NCBI GenBank assembly: GCA_964016885.1
Contig: CAXHJY010001012.1
Location: forward strand, 1 to 64,000
Length of the DNA stretch: 64,000 bases
Direction: 5' to 3'
Origin: Eledone cirrhosa
Taxonomy: Eukaryota
The notes below the pieces were generated by a model that saw only the letters and a program-made list of their open reading frames with translations, was not told the DNA's origin and searched no databases. Shown in pieces: positions 11,880-31,958 of the stretch; within the stretch, counting starts at the first letter, position 1, and each line of letters begins with the position of its first letter. A program made the position numbers and the translations under genes.

Positions 11880-14150
11880 TAATGATGATGAGGGTGATGA
11901 TGGTAGTAGTGGTGGTGGTGGTGGTGAGGTTGGTGGTGGTGATTGTGGCAATGGTAGTGGTGGTGGGGATGGTGGTAGTGGTGGTGGTATTGGTGGTGGT
12001 GGTGATGATGGTGGTAGTGGTAGTGGTGGTAATGGCAGTGGTGGTGGGGATGGTGGCAGTGGTGGTGGTGGTGGTGATTGTGGCAATGGTAGTGGTGGTG
12101 GGGATGGTGGTAGTGGTGGTGGTATTGGTGGTGGTGGTGATGATGGTGGTAGTGGTGGTGGTGGTGGTGGTGGTGAGGTTGGTGGTGGTGATTGTGGCAA
12201 TGGTAGTGGTGGTGGGGATGGTGGTAGTGGTGGTGGTATTGGTGGTGGTGGTGATGATGGTGGTAGTGGTAGTGGTGGTAATGGTAGTGGTGGTGGGGAT
12301 GGTGGCAGTGGTGGTGGTGGTAATGGTAGTGGTGATGGTGGTAATATTGGTGGTGGTGGGGATGGTGGCAGTGGTGGTGGTGGTGGTGATTGTGGCAATG
12401 GTAGTGGTGGTGGGGATGGTGGTAGTGGTGGTGGTATTGGTGGTGGTGGTGATGATGGTGGTAGTGGTAGTGGTAGTAATGGTAGTGGTGATGGTGGTAA
12501 TATTGGTGGTGGTGGGGATGGTGGCAGTGGTGGTGGTGGTGGTGATTGTGGCAATGGTAGTGGTGGTGTGGATGGTGGTGGTGGTGGTGGTGGTGGTATT
12601 GGTGGTGGTGGTGATGATGGTGGTAGTGGTAGTGGTGGTAATGGTAGTGGTGATGGTGGTAATATTGGTGGTGGTGGGGATGGTGGCAGTGGTGGTGGTG
12701 GTGGTGATTGTGGCAATGGTAGTGGTGGTGGGGATGGTGGTAGTGGTGGTGGTATTGGTGGTGGTGGTGATGATGGTGGTAGTGGTAGTGGTGGTAATGG
12801 TAGTGGTGATGGTGGTAATATTGGTGGTGGTGGGGATGGTGGCAGTGGTGGTGGTGGTGGTGATTGTGGCAATGGTAGTGGTGGTGGGGATGGTGGTAGT
12901 GGTGGTGGTGGTGGTGATTGTGGCAATGGTAGTGGTGGTGGGGATGGTGGTAGTGGTGGTGGTATTGGTGGTGGTGGTGATGATGGTGGTAGTGGTAGCG
13001 GTGGTAATGGTAGTGGTGATGGTGTAATATTGGTGGTGGTGGGGATGGTGGCAGTGGTGGTGGTGGTGGTGATTGTGGCAATGGTAGTGGTGGTGGGGAT
13101 GGTGGTGGTGGTGATGATGGTGGTAGTGGTAGTGGTGGTAATGGTAGTGGTGATGGTGTAATATTGGTGGTGGTGGGGATGGTGGCAGTGGTGGTGGTGG
13201 TGGTGATTGTGGCAATGGTAGTGGTGGTGGGGATGGTGGTAGTGGTGGTGGTGGTGGTGATTGTGGCAATGGTAGTGGTGGTGGGGATGGTGGTAGTGGT
13301 GGTGGTATTGGTGGTGGTGGTGATGATGGTGGTAGTGGTAGCGGTGGTAATGGTAGTGGTGATGGTGTAATATTGGTGGTGGTGGGGATGGTGGCAGTGG
13401 TGGTGGTGGTGGTGATTGTGGCAATGGTAGTGGTGGTGGGGATGGTGGTGGTGGTGATGATGGTGGTAGTGGTAGTGGTGGTAATGGTAGTGGTGATGGT
13501 GTAATATTGGTGGTGGTGGGGATGGTGGCAGTGGTGGTGGTGGTGGTGATTGTGGCAATGGTAGTGGTGGTGGGGATGGTGGTAGTGGTGGTGGTATTGG
13601 TGGTGGTGGTGATGATGGTGGTAGTGGTAGTGGTGGTAATGGTAGTGGTGATGGTGGTAATATTGGTGGTGGTGGGGATGGTGGCAGTGGTGGTGGTGGT
13701 GGTGATTGTGGCAATGGTAGTGGTGGTGTGGATGGTGGTGGTGGTGGTATTGGTGGTGGTGATGATGGTGGTAGTGGTGGTGGTGGTGGTGGTGGTGATG
13801 GTGGTAATGTTGGTGGCGGCGGTGATGATGATGATAGTGGTGCTGATAGTGGTAGTGGTGGTGGTGGTGATCATGGTAGTGGTGGTGATAGTGTTAGTGC
13901 TGGTGGTGATGATGGTAGTGGTGGTGGTAGTGGTGATGATGGTAGTGGTGGCGACGACGATGATGACGGTGGTGGTGGGGGTGGGGGTGATGTTGACGAC
14001 GACAACGATAGTTAAGGATGATGATGATGATGATGACGGTGGTGATGCTGCCGACGATAGTGATGACGGCGATGATGATGATGTTACTAGTGCTGCTGGT
14101 GGTGGCGGTGGCGATGATGCTGCTTCTGGTGATGATGATGATGATGACTA
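11880..14150. repeat. GGT-based satellite with higher-order units
   Basis: Recurring gattgtggcaatggtagtggtggtggggatg. Confidence 0.95.
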
Positions 14151-15970
14151 GGAATGATAAAGACGATGACAATAACGCTTATAAATGATGATGACGATGG
14201 TGGTAGTGATGGTGATGCTGCTGAAGCTGCTGTATCTGGTGATGACGACGACGCTGACGATGATACTGACGATAATGATGACAATCACGACGACGGCGGC
14301 GATGGTGACGATGACAAAGACGATGACGACGGCGGCGCTACTGATGACGAGGACGTCGCTACTGATGACGACGACAGGCGCTACTGATGAAGACGACGAC
14401 GCTGCTGATGACGACGACGGCGCTACTGATGACGATGACGTCGCTACTGATGACGACGACGCAACTGAAGATGATGACGTCGCTACTGATGACGACGACG
14501 TCGCTACTGATGACGACGACGGCGACGGCGCTACTGATGACGACGACGACGCTACTGTTGACGACGTCGCTACTGTTGACGACGGCGCTACTGATGACGA
14601 TGACGTCGCTACTGATGAAGACGACGGCGCTACTGATGACGATGACGGCGCTACTGATGACGACGACGGTGCTACTGATGACGACGACGGCGCTACTGAT
14701 GACGACGACGACGCTACTGATGACGACGGCGCTACTGATGACGACGACGACGCTACTGATGACGGTGACGGCGCTACTGATGACGACGTCACTACTGATG
14801 ACGACGACGGAGACGGCGCTACTGATGACGACGACGTCGCTACTGTTGACGACGACGTCGCTACTGTTGACGATGACGCTAATGACGACGACGACGTCGC
14901 TACTGACGACGGCGACGGCGCTACTGATGACGATGACGTCGCTACTGTTGACGATGACGCTACTGGTGACGACCACGGCGCTACTGATGACGACGACGTC
15001 GCTACTGTTGACGACGGCGCTACTGATGACGACGACGGCGCTACTGATGACGATGACGTCGCTACTGACGACGGCGACGACGCTACTGTTGACGACGACG
15101 GCGATACTGATGACGACGACGGCGACGGCGCTACTGATGACGACGACGGCGCTACTGATGACGACGACGGCGCTACTGATGACGACGACGTCGCTACTGG
15201 TGACGACGACGGCGCTACTGACGACGACAACGACGCTACTGATGACGACGACGACGACGCTACTGATGACGACGACGACGCTACTGATGACGACGACGAC
15301 GCTACTGATGACGACGACGGCGATACTAATGACGATGACGGCGCTACTGATGACGACGACGGCGATACTAATGACGATGACGGCGCTACTGATGACGACG
15401 ACGACGCTACTGATGACGACGACGACGACGCTACTGATGACGACGACGACGCTACTGATGACGACGACGACGCTACTGATGACGACGACGACGACGCTAC
15501 TGATGACGACGACGACGCTACTGATGACGACGACGACGCTACTGATGACGACGACGACGCTACTGATGACGACGACGACGCTACTAATGACGACGACGAC
15601 GCTACTGATGACGACGACGACGCTACTGATGACGACGACGTCGCTACTGATGACGGCGACGACGCTACTGATGACGACGACGACGCTACTGATGACGACG
15701 ACGGCGCTACTGATGACGACGACGCTACTGATGACGATGACGGCGCTACTGAAGACGATGACGTCGCTACTGACGACGACGACGGCGCTACTAACGACGA
15801 CGACGACGACGACGGCGCTACTAACGACGACGACGACGACGACGGCGCTACTAACGACGACGACGACGACGACGCTACTAACGACGCCGACGACGACGAC
15901 GGCGGTGCTGACGACAACGAAGACGAGGACTACGACGTTACTGATGACGATGATAATGGTGATGATGTAA
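14150..15970. repeat. GAC/GAT-based minisatellite (gctactgatgacgacgac, ~21 bp)
   Basis: Direct inspection. Confidence 0.95.
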
Positions 15971-16110
15971 AACGAATAAAAAAAAGTGACGACACGACAG
16001 CGATAAGTGATAAATACGACAACAGTGTGTAAATAGATGATGGCGAAGCTTTAGAAGAGAGATGCTGGAATAACACTCTCTTTTCTATATGACGAAAATA
16101 AACTTCTTGA

Positions 16111-18490
<2,380 letters not shown>

Positions 18491-19249
18491 AAGAAAAGAG
18501 GGAGAAGGCAAAAGATGAGGTGATAAGGGAAGAGAGAAAAGGGGGGAAGTTTTGTGATAATAGAGGGAGGGGGATAATGAATAAAAAGAGATGGGGGAGC
18601 TAAGTGCCGGGAAGGGAGAGGAAAGGTGAGAACCAGAGATGAGGGAAGGGGAGGAGAGAAGAGGGTACGGTGATAAGAAGGAAGCGAAGAAAAGAAGGCG
18701 AGTAAAGGCGAGTAAGGCGAAGAAGGGAAAGAAGGCGAAGAAGAGAAAAGAAGGGGGAAGGTAGGGGATAAGAGAAGAAAGAATATGAAATAAGAAGAGA
18801 GGAGGAGGAGGTAAAAGAAAGAGGGTGAGATGAAGGAAAGGGTAGGTGGCACGGTAGAGGGGTGAGGTGACAAGCAGAGAGGATAGGTGAGGATTGCGAT
18901 GGAGTGGCGAGGAAGAAGAAAAAGGAGAGAAAAGAAGGGTGCGGAGGTGTGGGAGGAGGGAGAAGCGAGGGAAGGGTGGGGTGGAGAGGAGGTGGAAGAG
19001 GTTAGAAGAAGGAGAAGAAAAGCAAAGATGTATTATTAAGAATTAAGACAATGGATAATGGCGGACGAAACACAATAGATTGTCGTCTGGTGAAGAGGAT
19101 TGCAAAGTGTGTGTAGGCAGCTTGGTTTGGATTGAGAGAATGAAAACGAGGCTGTGGATGTCACTGTGAGTGGTAGAGATGGTGGAGCCGACGGTGATGA
19201 CTGCTGCGTTGTTTATTTGATGATGATGATGATGATGATGATGTATATT

Positions 19250-20725
19250 CACATTAGCAACGCCATCGGTATTACCAGCAACAACAATAACAACAACAAC
19301 ATTAGTGACAACTACAACAACAATAACATTAGCAACAGTAACAACAACACTAACAACAATAACATTAGCAACAATAACAACTGACAACAGCAACAACAAC
19401 ATTAACGACAACCACTGCAACAACAACAAAAACAACAACATTAGCGACAATAACAACAACAGCAGCAACAACAATAACATTAGCAAAAACAATAGCAGCA
19501 GCAACAACAATGACAATAGCAACAACAACAATAATAGCAGCACAACAGTAACATTAGCAACAGCAGCAACATTAGCAACAACCATAGCAGCAGCAACAAC
19601 AATAACAGCAGCACAACAGTAAACATTAGCAACAGCAGTAACATTAGCAACAACCATAGCAACAGCAACAACAATAACAGCAGCACAGCAGTAAACATTA
19701 GCAACAGCAGTAACATTAGCAACAACAATAGCAACAGCAACAACAACAACAACAGCAGCACAACAGTAAACATTAGCAACAGCAGTAACATTAGCAACAA
19801 CAATAGCAGCAGCAACAACAATAACAGCAGCACAACAGTAAACATTAGCAACAGCAGCAACATTAGCAACAACAATAGCAGCGGCAACAACAATAACAGC
19901 AGCACAACAGTAAACATTAGAAACAGCAGTAACATTAGCAACAACAATAGCATAGCAACAACAATAACAGCAGCACAACAGTAAACATTAGCAACAGCAG
20001 CAACATTAACAATAACAATAGCAACAACAATAACAGCAGCACAACAGTAAACATTAGAAACAGCAGTAACATTAGCAACAACAATAGCATAGCAACAACA
20101 ATAACAGCAGCACAACAGTAAACATTAGCAACAGCAGCAACATTAACAATAACAATAGCAACAGCAACAACAATAACAGCAGCACAACAGTAAACATTAG
20201 CAACAGCAGCAACATTAGCAACAACAATAGCAGCGGCAACAACAATAACAGCAGCACAACAGTAAACATTAGAAACAGCAGTAACATTAGCAACAACAAT
20301 AGCATAGCAACAACAATAACAGCAGCACAACAGTAAACATTAGCAACAGCAGTAACATTAGCAACAACAATAGCATAGCAACAACAATAACAGCAGCACA
20401 ACAGTACACATTAGCAACAATAGCAACAGCAACAACAATAACAGCAGCACAGCAGTAACGTTAGCAACAACAATATCAACAACAATAACAGCAGCACAAC
20501 AGTAAATATTAGCAACAGCAGTAACATTAGCAACAACAATAGCAGCAGCAGCAACAACAACAACGACAATAGCATCAGCGGCAGCAACAATAAAACAGCA
20601 CCAACAACAATAATGACATTAGCAACAAAACAACATTAGCATCACCAGCGCTATTAACAGCAACAAACACCAAAAACATTAGCAACAATTACAGCAGCAT
20701 CGTTTGCGACAATAACCACCACAGC
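19250..20725. repeat. AAC/AGC-based minisatellite (~70-bp unit)
   Basis: acagcagcacaacagtaaacattagcaacagcag recurs. Confidence 0.9.
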
Positions 20726-20730
20726 AAAAA

Positions 20731-21318
20731 ATAATTGTTTCTACTTTTGGCACAAGGCCAGCAAATACCCCAGTGTATTACTGGTACTTTATTCTATCGA
20801 CCCCGTAAGGATGAAAGGCAAAGTTAACCTTGGCGGGATTTGAACTCAGATCGTAAAGGGCTGTAACTCTATGGTGCAAAGCATGGCGTATAAATAATTG
20901 TTTCTACTTTTGGCACAAGGCCAGCAAATTACCCAGTGCATTACTGGTACTTTATTTTATCGACCCCGTAAGGATGAAAGGTAAAGTTAACGTTGGCGGG
21001 ATTTGAACTCAGAATGGCAAGGGCCGTAACTCCATACGTCAAAGCATGGCGTCCAACCCTCTACCGATACTGCCAATCCACCGTCCACAGCAAAAAATAA
21101 TGATTTCTAGTATAAACACAAGGCCAACAATTTTGGGGGTGGGGAAAGTCGATTAAATCGACCCAGTGCATTACTGGTACTTTATTTTATCGATCCCCCG
21201 TAAGGATGAAAGGCAAAGTTAACCTCGGCGAGATTTGAACTCAGATCATAAAGGGCCATAACTCTATGCTACAAAGCATGGTGTCTGACGTTCTAACGAT
21301 ACTGCCAATCCACCGCCC
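20731..21318 (-). mobile_element. Three head-to-tail SINE family 1 copies
   Basis: attactggtacttta..aaggatgaaagg..ggatttgaactcaga occurs three times. Confidence 0.9.
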
Positions 21319-21519
21319 TACTACAGCAAAAAATAACAGCGACAATAAACGTTTGGGTAAAAAAGACACCGAATTGACCAAGATGTCACACAAGGGGGAC
21401 GAATCCGAGTTCTCTTGATTGAAACCCGAAGTTCTCAACCATCTACTGCCCGCCCTCCTCTACCTGCCGATGCTATGACTACATATCTCTCGGTTCCCTA
21501 GATTTTATTTTTAGTAAAT

Positions 21520-21830
21520 CACGTGACTTTGTGGTTTCCGGCGGAACATTGTGTCCTTGACCAAGACACTTTATTTCTTTATTTCACGTTCCTCCAGTCT
21601 GTCCACTCAGTTTTACTTGTAGTTCGTAATGCCAACTTTGTCGCATTCTGTGTCGTGCTGAATCTCCGTGAGGGTCACGCGTTTGTGTCACGCTGAATCT
21701 CCCCCAAAGGCACGCGTGTCTGTGGAATGCTCAGCCAATTACACGTTAATTTCATGAGCGGGATATTGATGAGTATTCCAGCTGGTTCGGATCAACTGGA
21801 CAACTCATCGTCGTAACCGACGGAGTGCCT
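21520..21830 (+). mobile_element. SINE family 2 (diverged)
   Basis: tgtgtccttgaNcaagacactttatttc..cacgtt block shared with the tRNA-headed copy at 51591-51711. Confidence 0.65.
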
Positions 21831-22240
21831 CAGTTGAGAAGAATTTCTAAAAAAGAATTGTTAGTTTGAAGACAAGACAGAACAACGCCCTCTTTCGGTT
21901 GTAGTACACATTGTACAACATATTTTGAATCACAGTTATTACATATAGACCCCCCCCCCACACACACATATATATTTGTGTATATATATATATATTCACA
22001 TACATACACAAACATATATATATTTTTTTTTTCACATACATACTCAAACATATATATATATATATATATATTTTCACATACATACTCAAACATAAATATG
22101 TATATATACATCCATATATATCCACATACATACACACACATATATATATATATATTTATATACACACACACATATACACGCATATATTCACACACCAACC
22201 ATACATACATACATACATATATATACATATATATATATAC

Positions 22241-22316
<76 letters not shown>

Positions 22317-22346
22317 AGATCAAAAGATGGTTAAAGGAGTTCCATG

Positions 22347-22417
22347 TATTTTATTATGCGCATTTCAAAAACAAACATCATCATGCAATAATATTTGTGT
22401 TTTCATCAGATAAAACA
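22347..22417 (-). ncRNA. Type I hammerhead, family C
   Basis: rc: tgttttat-CTGATGA-aaacacaaat..gtttgttttt-GAAA-tgcgca-TA-ataaaata. Confidence 0.8.
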
Positions 22418-22627
22418 GGAGGACATGATATGAAGGCTAAAAAACACTTGTGGACAGTGCAGTTTTAAATCAACATATGAGAAGTAGTTTTAGATTGGTG
22501 TGTGATATTGGAAAAATATTTTATTTATACATATATTATGTATACTCCAGTCCTACAAACTGTAGAGTGCTTCTTATCCGATATCTGCATTGCTTTATTG
22601 TACTACAATAAAACTCACCTCCTACAT

Positions 22628-25951
<3,324 letters not shown>

Positions 25952-25960
<9 letters not shown>

Positions 25961-26885
25961 TTTATGTGAGCTGATAGAGGGCAGTTTAAGGATTTACAGA
26001 AACCCAAGAAGCTAGATTTACCATCTTTCTAGCGGGTCCGGGTATGCTTTTTACATTCATTTGATTTATTAATTTATTGATATTTTTTCTGAATGTCCCG
26101 AATCTTCCAGATCGCAATTTTTCGGTCGTACACTTGATTATAGACTTGTTCTATGTGTGACGGTATTTTAACGACAGTTATAGCTCTGATTTATCTGAAT
26201 TATTGAGCCCTCTGCCGCTCATTTCGAATTTTGTTTATCGTGAACTTGTGCGCCGATTTTTCGATACTCGGTTATTCTACTATATTTAGCTCTAGACCTA
26301 GCTATTGACCAGTTAATTTTATTGTTCATTTTTTGTCGATTCTATTAAATGATGAATAGCTCCTGTTTATTTTAACATGTCTATTGAGCACTCTTATTCG
26401 ATATGTGTATTTCCAGATTTTCCCGAATATTTTTTGCGTTTATAGAGGTTATCACCCTTGCTGAATTACATGTGCATTTCTTCAGCCTGGGTTATGCCTT
26501 TTCATTCGTTCGGACAAAGGCTCGTTGAGGAAGTAAATTTCCCGTCCGCTGGCTTCTAGAAGTCTTATATATTTTTATGTGAGCTGATAGAGGGCAGTTT
26601 AAGGATTTACAGAAACCCAAGAAGCTAGATTTACCATCTTTCTAGCGGGTCCGGGTATGCTTTTTACATTCATTTGATTTATTGATTTATTTTCTGAACG
26701 TCCCGAATCTTCCAGATCGCAATTTTTCGGTCGTACGGTTGATTATAGACTTGTTCTATGTGTGACGGTATTTTAACGATAGTTATAGCTCTGATTTATC
26801 TGAATTATTGAGTCTTCTGCCGCTCATTTCGAATTTTGTTTATCGTGAACTCGTGCGCCGATTTGTCGATACTCGATTATTCTAC

Positions 26886-26890
<5 letters not shown>
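25952..26890. mobile_element. 1.5-unit tandem (613-bp period; ~325-bp direct repeats) flanked by (TA)n
   Basis: 25952-26285 resembles 26565-26890; a third fragment lies at 6396-6503. Confidence 0.75.
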
Positions 26891-26950
<60 letters not shown>

Positions 26951-26989
26951 TATTATATATATATACATTATTATATATATATACATTAT

Positions 26990-27020
<31 letters not shown>

Positions 27021-27084
27021 GTCAACTCTGGATGCCGGTGAGCATGTCCAGCCAACCTCAGTCTTCTCTGTGTCACTTTTGTAC
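27021..27084 (-). pseudogene. Tiny RTE-type LINE ORF fragment
   Basis: Translates [20 protein letters not shown], matching the RL(W/L)xGHxxR motif (compare QRLHWSGHHAR at 45.1 kb). Confidence 0.6.
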
Positions 27085-27148
27085 ATATATATATATACAT
27101 ATATATATACATATATATATATACATATATATATACATATATATATAC

Positions 27149-27193
<45 letters not shown>

Positions 27194-27218
27194 TATATAC
27201 ATATATATATATATATAC

Positions 27219-27321
<103 letters not shown>

Positions 27322-27322
27322 C

Positions 27323-27353
<31 letters not shown>

Positions 27354-27366
27354 CATATATATATAC

Positions 27367-27397
<31 letters not shown>

Positions 27398-27398
27398 C

Positions 27399-27627
<229 letters not shown>

Positions 27628-27934
27628 CATATATATATATACATTATTATATATATATACATATATATATATACATTATTATATATATATATACATATAT
27701 CTATACATATATATTATTATATATACATATATATATATATATCTATACATATATATTATTATATATACATATATATATATATATCTATACATATATTTAT
27801 ATATATATACATATATCTATATATATATATCTATACATATATTTATATATATATACATATATCTATATATATATATCTATACATATATTTATATATGTAT
27901 ATATACATATATATATATACATATATATATATCT

Positions 27935-28011
<77 letters not shown>

Positions 28012-28432
28012 ATTTCATAACTAAGTATTTTTTTAAAAACTATTATTTTAAAGTCTGCGGCACTGAGGGGCCTGTCCTTGCCTATTTTTCTTACAACAAA
28101 GAATGAGAGAGAGAGGGATAGAGAGACAGAGAGAGAGAGAGAGCGAGAGACAGACTTATTCAATTGCTAACCACCGCCATTGGCGAGGTAAGGCAGTCCT
28201 TGTAGAAGACGTTGATGCCAAGAAAGTGAAAATATATGGCCGGAAGTACGCCATTTTTTGTTTTGCTTTGTTACTTTTGAAGGGTTTATGCTGTTGTTGT
28301 TGCTGCTGTTGTTGTCTTCACTTTTACACAGAATCTATGGAGTACTGTCGGCTATTGTCTGGGTTATGTTGTCGGTGTTATTGATTTTGGTAATGGGGCT
28401 TGTTATTGTTGTTGTTGTTGTTATTATTATTA

Positions 28433-29580
28433 TGGTGGAATGCCAGTATCGGTAGAGGGTCGGACGCCATGCTTTGCAGCATAGAGTTAGGGCCCTTTAT
28501 GATCTTAGTTCAAATCCCGCCGAGGTTAACTTTGCCTTTCATTCTTACGAGCGTCGATAAAATAAAGTACCAGTCACGCACTGGGGTCGATTTAATCGAC
28601 TTTTCCCTCTCCCCAAATTACTGGCCTTGTGCCTATATAAGAAACTCTTATTTGGATTGGCAGTATCGGTAAAGGGTCGGACGCCATGCTTTGCAGCACA
28701 GTTAGAATTTAGGACTGAATTCAAATCCCGCCGAGGTTAACTTTGCCTTTCATCCTTACGGGGTCGATAAAATAAAGTACCAGTAATACACTGTGATAAT
28801 TGCTGGCCTTGTGTGTGCCAAAAGTAGAAATAATAATAATAATTATTATTATTATTATTATCTTGAGGAGGAGAAGGGGTCCCATCCACCCGGGTGACCT
28901 AGAAGCGTCAGGTACTTCAGGATTGGTGGGGTACCTATTTCGCCTCTGGGTCGTACAGCCCCCTATTGGGGGATTTTAATTTACGTTTATACATAGTTTA
29001 TTTTATATTTTCTTTGCTTTGCAACATAAAGTTACGGCCCTTTATGATCTGAGTTCAAATACCACTGCGGTTAACTTTGCTTTTCATCCTTATAGAGTCA
29101 ATGAAATAAAGAACCAGTAATGCAATGGGGTCGCTTTAATCGACTTAACCCTCCCCCCCCAAAAAAAAAATTGCTGGCCTTGAGCCTGTATAAGAAACCA
29201 TTGTTACACCATGCTTTGCAGCATAGAGTTATAGCCCTTTACAATCTGAGTTTAAATCACGCCAAGGTTAGCGTTGCCTCTCATCTTTATTCGATCGATA
29301 AAATAAAGTACCAGTAATGCATTAGGGTCGATTTAATCGACTATCTCCTCCCCACAAATTACTGGCCTTGTGCCTAAACTAGAAATAATTATTATTGGCA
29401 GTACCGGTAGAGAGGCGGACGCCATGCTTTGCAGCATAGAGCTACGGCCCTTGCCATTCTGAGTTCAAATCCCGCTGAGGTTAACTTTGCCTTTCATCCT
29501 TACGGGGGTCGATAAAATAAAGTACCAGTAATGTACTGGGGTAATTGCTGGCCTTGTGCCAAAAGTAGAAACAATTATTA
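28433..29580 (+). mobile_element. Cluster of about 5 SINE family 1 copies
   Basis: Repeated B box, core and AAT tails. Confidence 0.9.
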
Positions 29581-29644
29581 TGATAATGATGATGATGATT
29601 ATCATAATCATTGTGGTAATGGTGGTGTTGATGACAATGTTAAT

Positions 29645-30711
29645 GAAAGTTAACCTCGGCGGGATTTGAACTCAGAACGTAAAGGGCCGTAACTCTATGC
29701 TGCAAAGCATGGTGTCTGACGCTCTATCGATTCTGCCAATCCACATTGTTTCTACTTTTGGGCACAAGGCCGGCAACATAACCCCAGTGTATTACTGGTA
29801 CTTTATTTTATCAACCCCGTAAGGATGAAAGACAAAGTTGACATCGACGGGATTTGAACTCGGGGCGTAAAGGGCCATGACTCTATACTGCCAAACCACT
29901 GGTCTAAAAATAATTGTAAAGGGCCGTAACTCTATGCCGCAAAGCATGGTGTCTGACGCTTTATCGATTCTGCCTATCCACATTGTTTCTACTTTTGGCA
30001 CAAGGCCAGCAATTAGCCCAGTGTATTACTGGTACTTTATTTTATCGACCCCCGTAAGGATGAAAGACAAAGTTAACCTCGGCAGGATTTGAACTCAGAA
30101 CGTAAAGGGCCATAACTCTATGCTGCAAAGCATGGTTTCCGACTCTCTACCGATATTGCCAACGTAGTAATAATTGTTTCTACTTCTGCCACAAGGCCAG
30201 CAATTAGTCCAGTGTATTACTGGTACTTTATTTTATTGACCCCCGTAAGGATGAAAGGTAAAGTTAACCTCAGCGGGATTTGAACTCAGAACGTAAAGGG
30301 CCATAACTCTATGCTGCAAAGCATGGTGTCTGATGCTCTACCGATTCTATCTTTTGAGTTTTCAAAGATTTCCTTGTCTATCCTCCTGCCTCCCTTCAGC
30401 CATCTTTCAATGCAAGCCTCTCTCTCTCCCTCCTTCCATCTCTCTCCCTCTCCCGTCTCCCTCTCTCCCCGTCTCTCTCTCTCTCTCTCCCCGTCTCTCT
30501 CTCTCTCTCCCCGTCTTTCTCTCTCTCTCTCTCCCCGTCTCTCTCTCTCTCCCCGTCTCTCTCTCTCCTCCTCTCAAAGCATGGTGTCTGACGCTCTATC
30601 GATTCTGCCAATCCACATTGTTTCTACTTTTGGCACAAGGCCAGCAATTATCCCAATGCATTACTGGTACTTTATTTTATCGACCCCGTAAGGATGAAAG
30701 ACAAAGTTAAA
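29645..30711 (-). mobile_element. Cluster of about 5-6 full or partial SINE family 1 copies
   Basis: Repeated reverse-complement core. Confidence 0.9.
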
Positions 30712-31060
30712 CTCTTTATAATGAAAAAAACATGATTGTTTAAAACACATGACAAACAAACAAGTAATTCTTCTATTTACTAAGAACATCTTGGTGGAAA
30801 CCTGCAATAGAATTTTTAGCAAATCTTGTAAAATTATTGCAAAACTTTTGCGAGAAAAAATTCTGGCAGTAGCCCTGTATCTTAGCACAAATCATTTGTA
30901 GGTATTATTCTTGTCGAAAATATGTAATACTATATAAACATATATATATGTATGTTTATGTACATATGCATGTATGTACCTTTCTGATATGTGTGTGTGT
31001 GTATGTATGTATGTATGTATGTATGTATGTATGTATGTATGTATGTATGTATGTATGTAT

Positions 31061-31450
31061 GGGAGAGATGACCACTTAGCCTTTGTCAAGGCAGAATTCT
31101 AGGAGAAGGAAAACTCTGATATAACACCTGCAACCCTGAACTTGTTCTTTTTGGTAAATATCATCTTGGTTAAGAGAGTGGGACTGGCTTTGTGCAGTGC
31201 CTTTGCTCACTATAAAAGCTTCATGGCACAGGCATTGCTTTATATCTGGAGATCTCTCTGCACTTGTCGTCACATGGTACCATGGGCCCAGCACTATGTG
31301 TCAATAATTGTCACAGGTGTAGTGTTTGTACCAGAGTTTTCAAGTCGCTGGCTGGACTAAAAAGTCACACTCGTTCAACGCATCAGTAGGGGTTCTCCTA
31401 TATGGATATAAAGTAGTGGCCGTACTCGAAAACGAGTTGGCAGCCACCAT
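31061..31450 (+). mobile_element. Non-autonomous bipartite RTE-derived retroelement
   Basis: ctaggagaaggaaaactctgat 5' block; 3' tggccgtactcgaaaacgagttggcagccaccat plus (TATG)n, like the RTE tail 45937-45980. Confidence 0.7.
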
Positions 31451-31814
31451 GTATCTATGTATGTATGTATGTATCTATCTATCTATCTTAGCACAAATCA
31501 TTTGTAGGTATTATTCTTGTCGAAAATATGTAATAATATATAAACATATATATATGTATGTTTATGTACATATGCATGTATGTATGTATGTATGTATGTA
31601 TGTATGTATGTATGTATGTATGTATGTATGTATGTATGTACAAATCATTTGTAGGTATTATTCTTGTCGAAAATATGTAATAATATATAAACATATATAT
31701 ATGTATGTTTATGTACATATGCATGTATGTACCTTTCTGATATGTTTATGTATGTATGTATGTATATATATGTATATATCATATAATATAATTTGTTTCT
31801 AATATATATATATA

Positions 31815-31958
31815 TGTAGGAGGTGAGTTTTATTGTAGTACAATAAAGCAATGCAGATATCGGATAAGAAGCACTCTACAGTTTGTAGGACTGGAGTATA
31901 CATAATATATAAGATCAAAAATAAAATACATGGAACTCATTTAACCATCTTTTGATCT

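Noticed and set aside
11827-14151. Gly-, Pro-, His- and Thr-rich ORFs resembling structural proteins or mucins
   Set aside because: GGT satellite with recurrent frameshifting units and no unique domain
14340-15760. Dozens of CTGATGA hammerhead-core matches
   Set aside because: Part of the gctactgatgac satellite; no GAAA or stems
26400-26492. Minus-strand CTGAAGA
   Set aside because: No matching stem II, GAAA or stem I arrangement found
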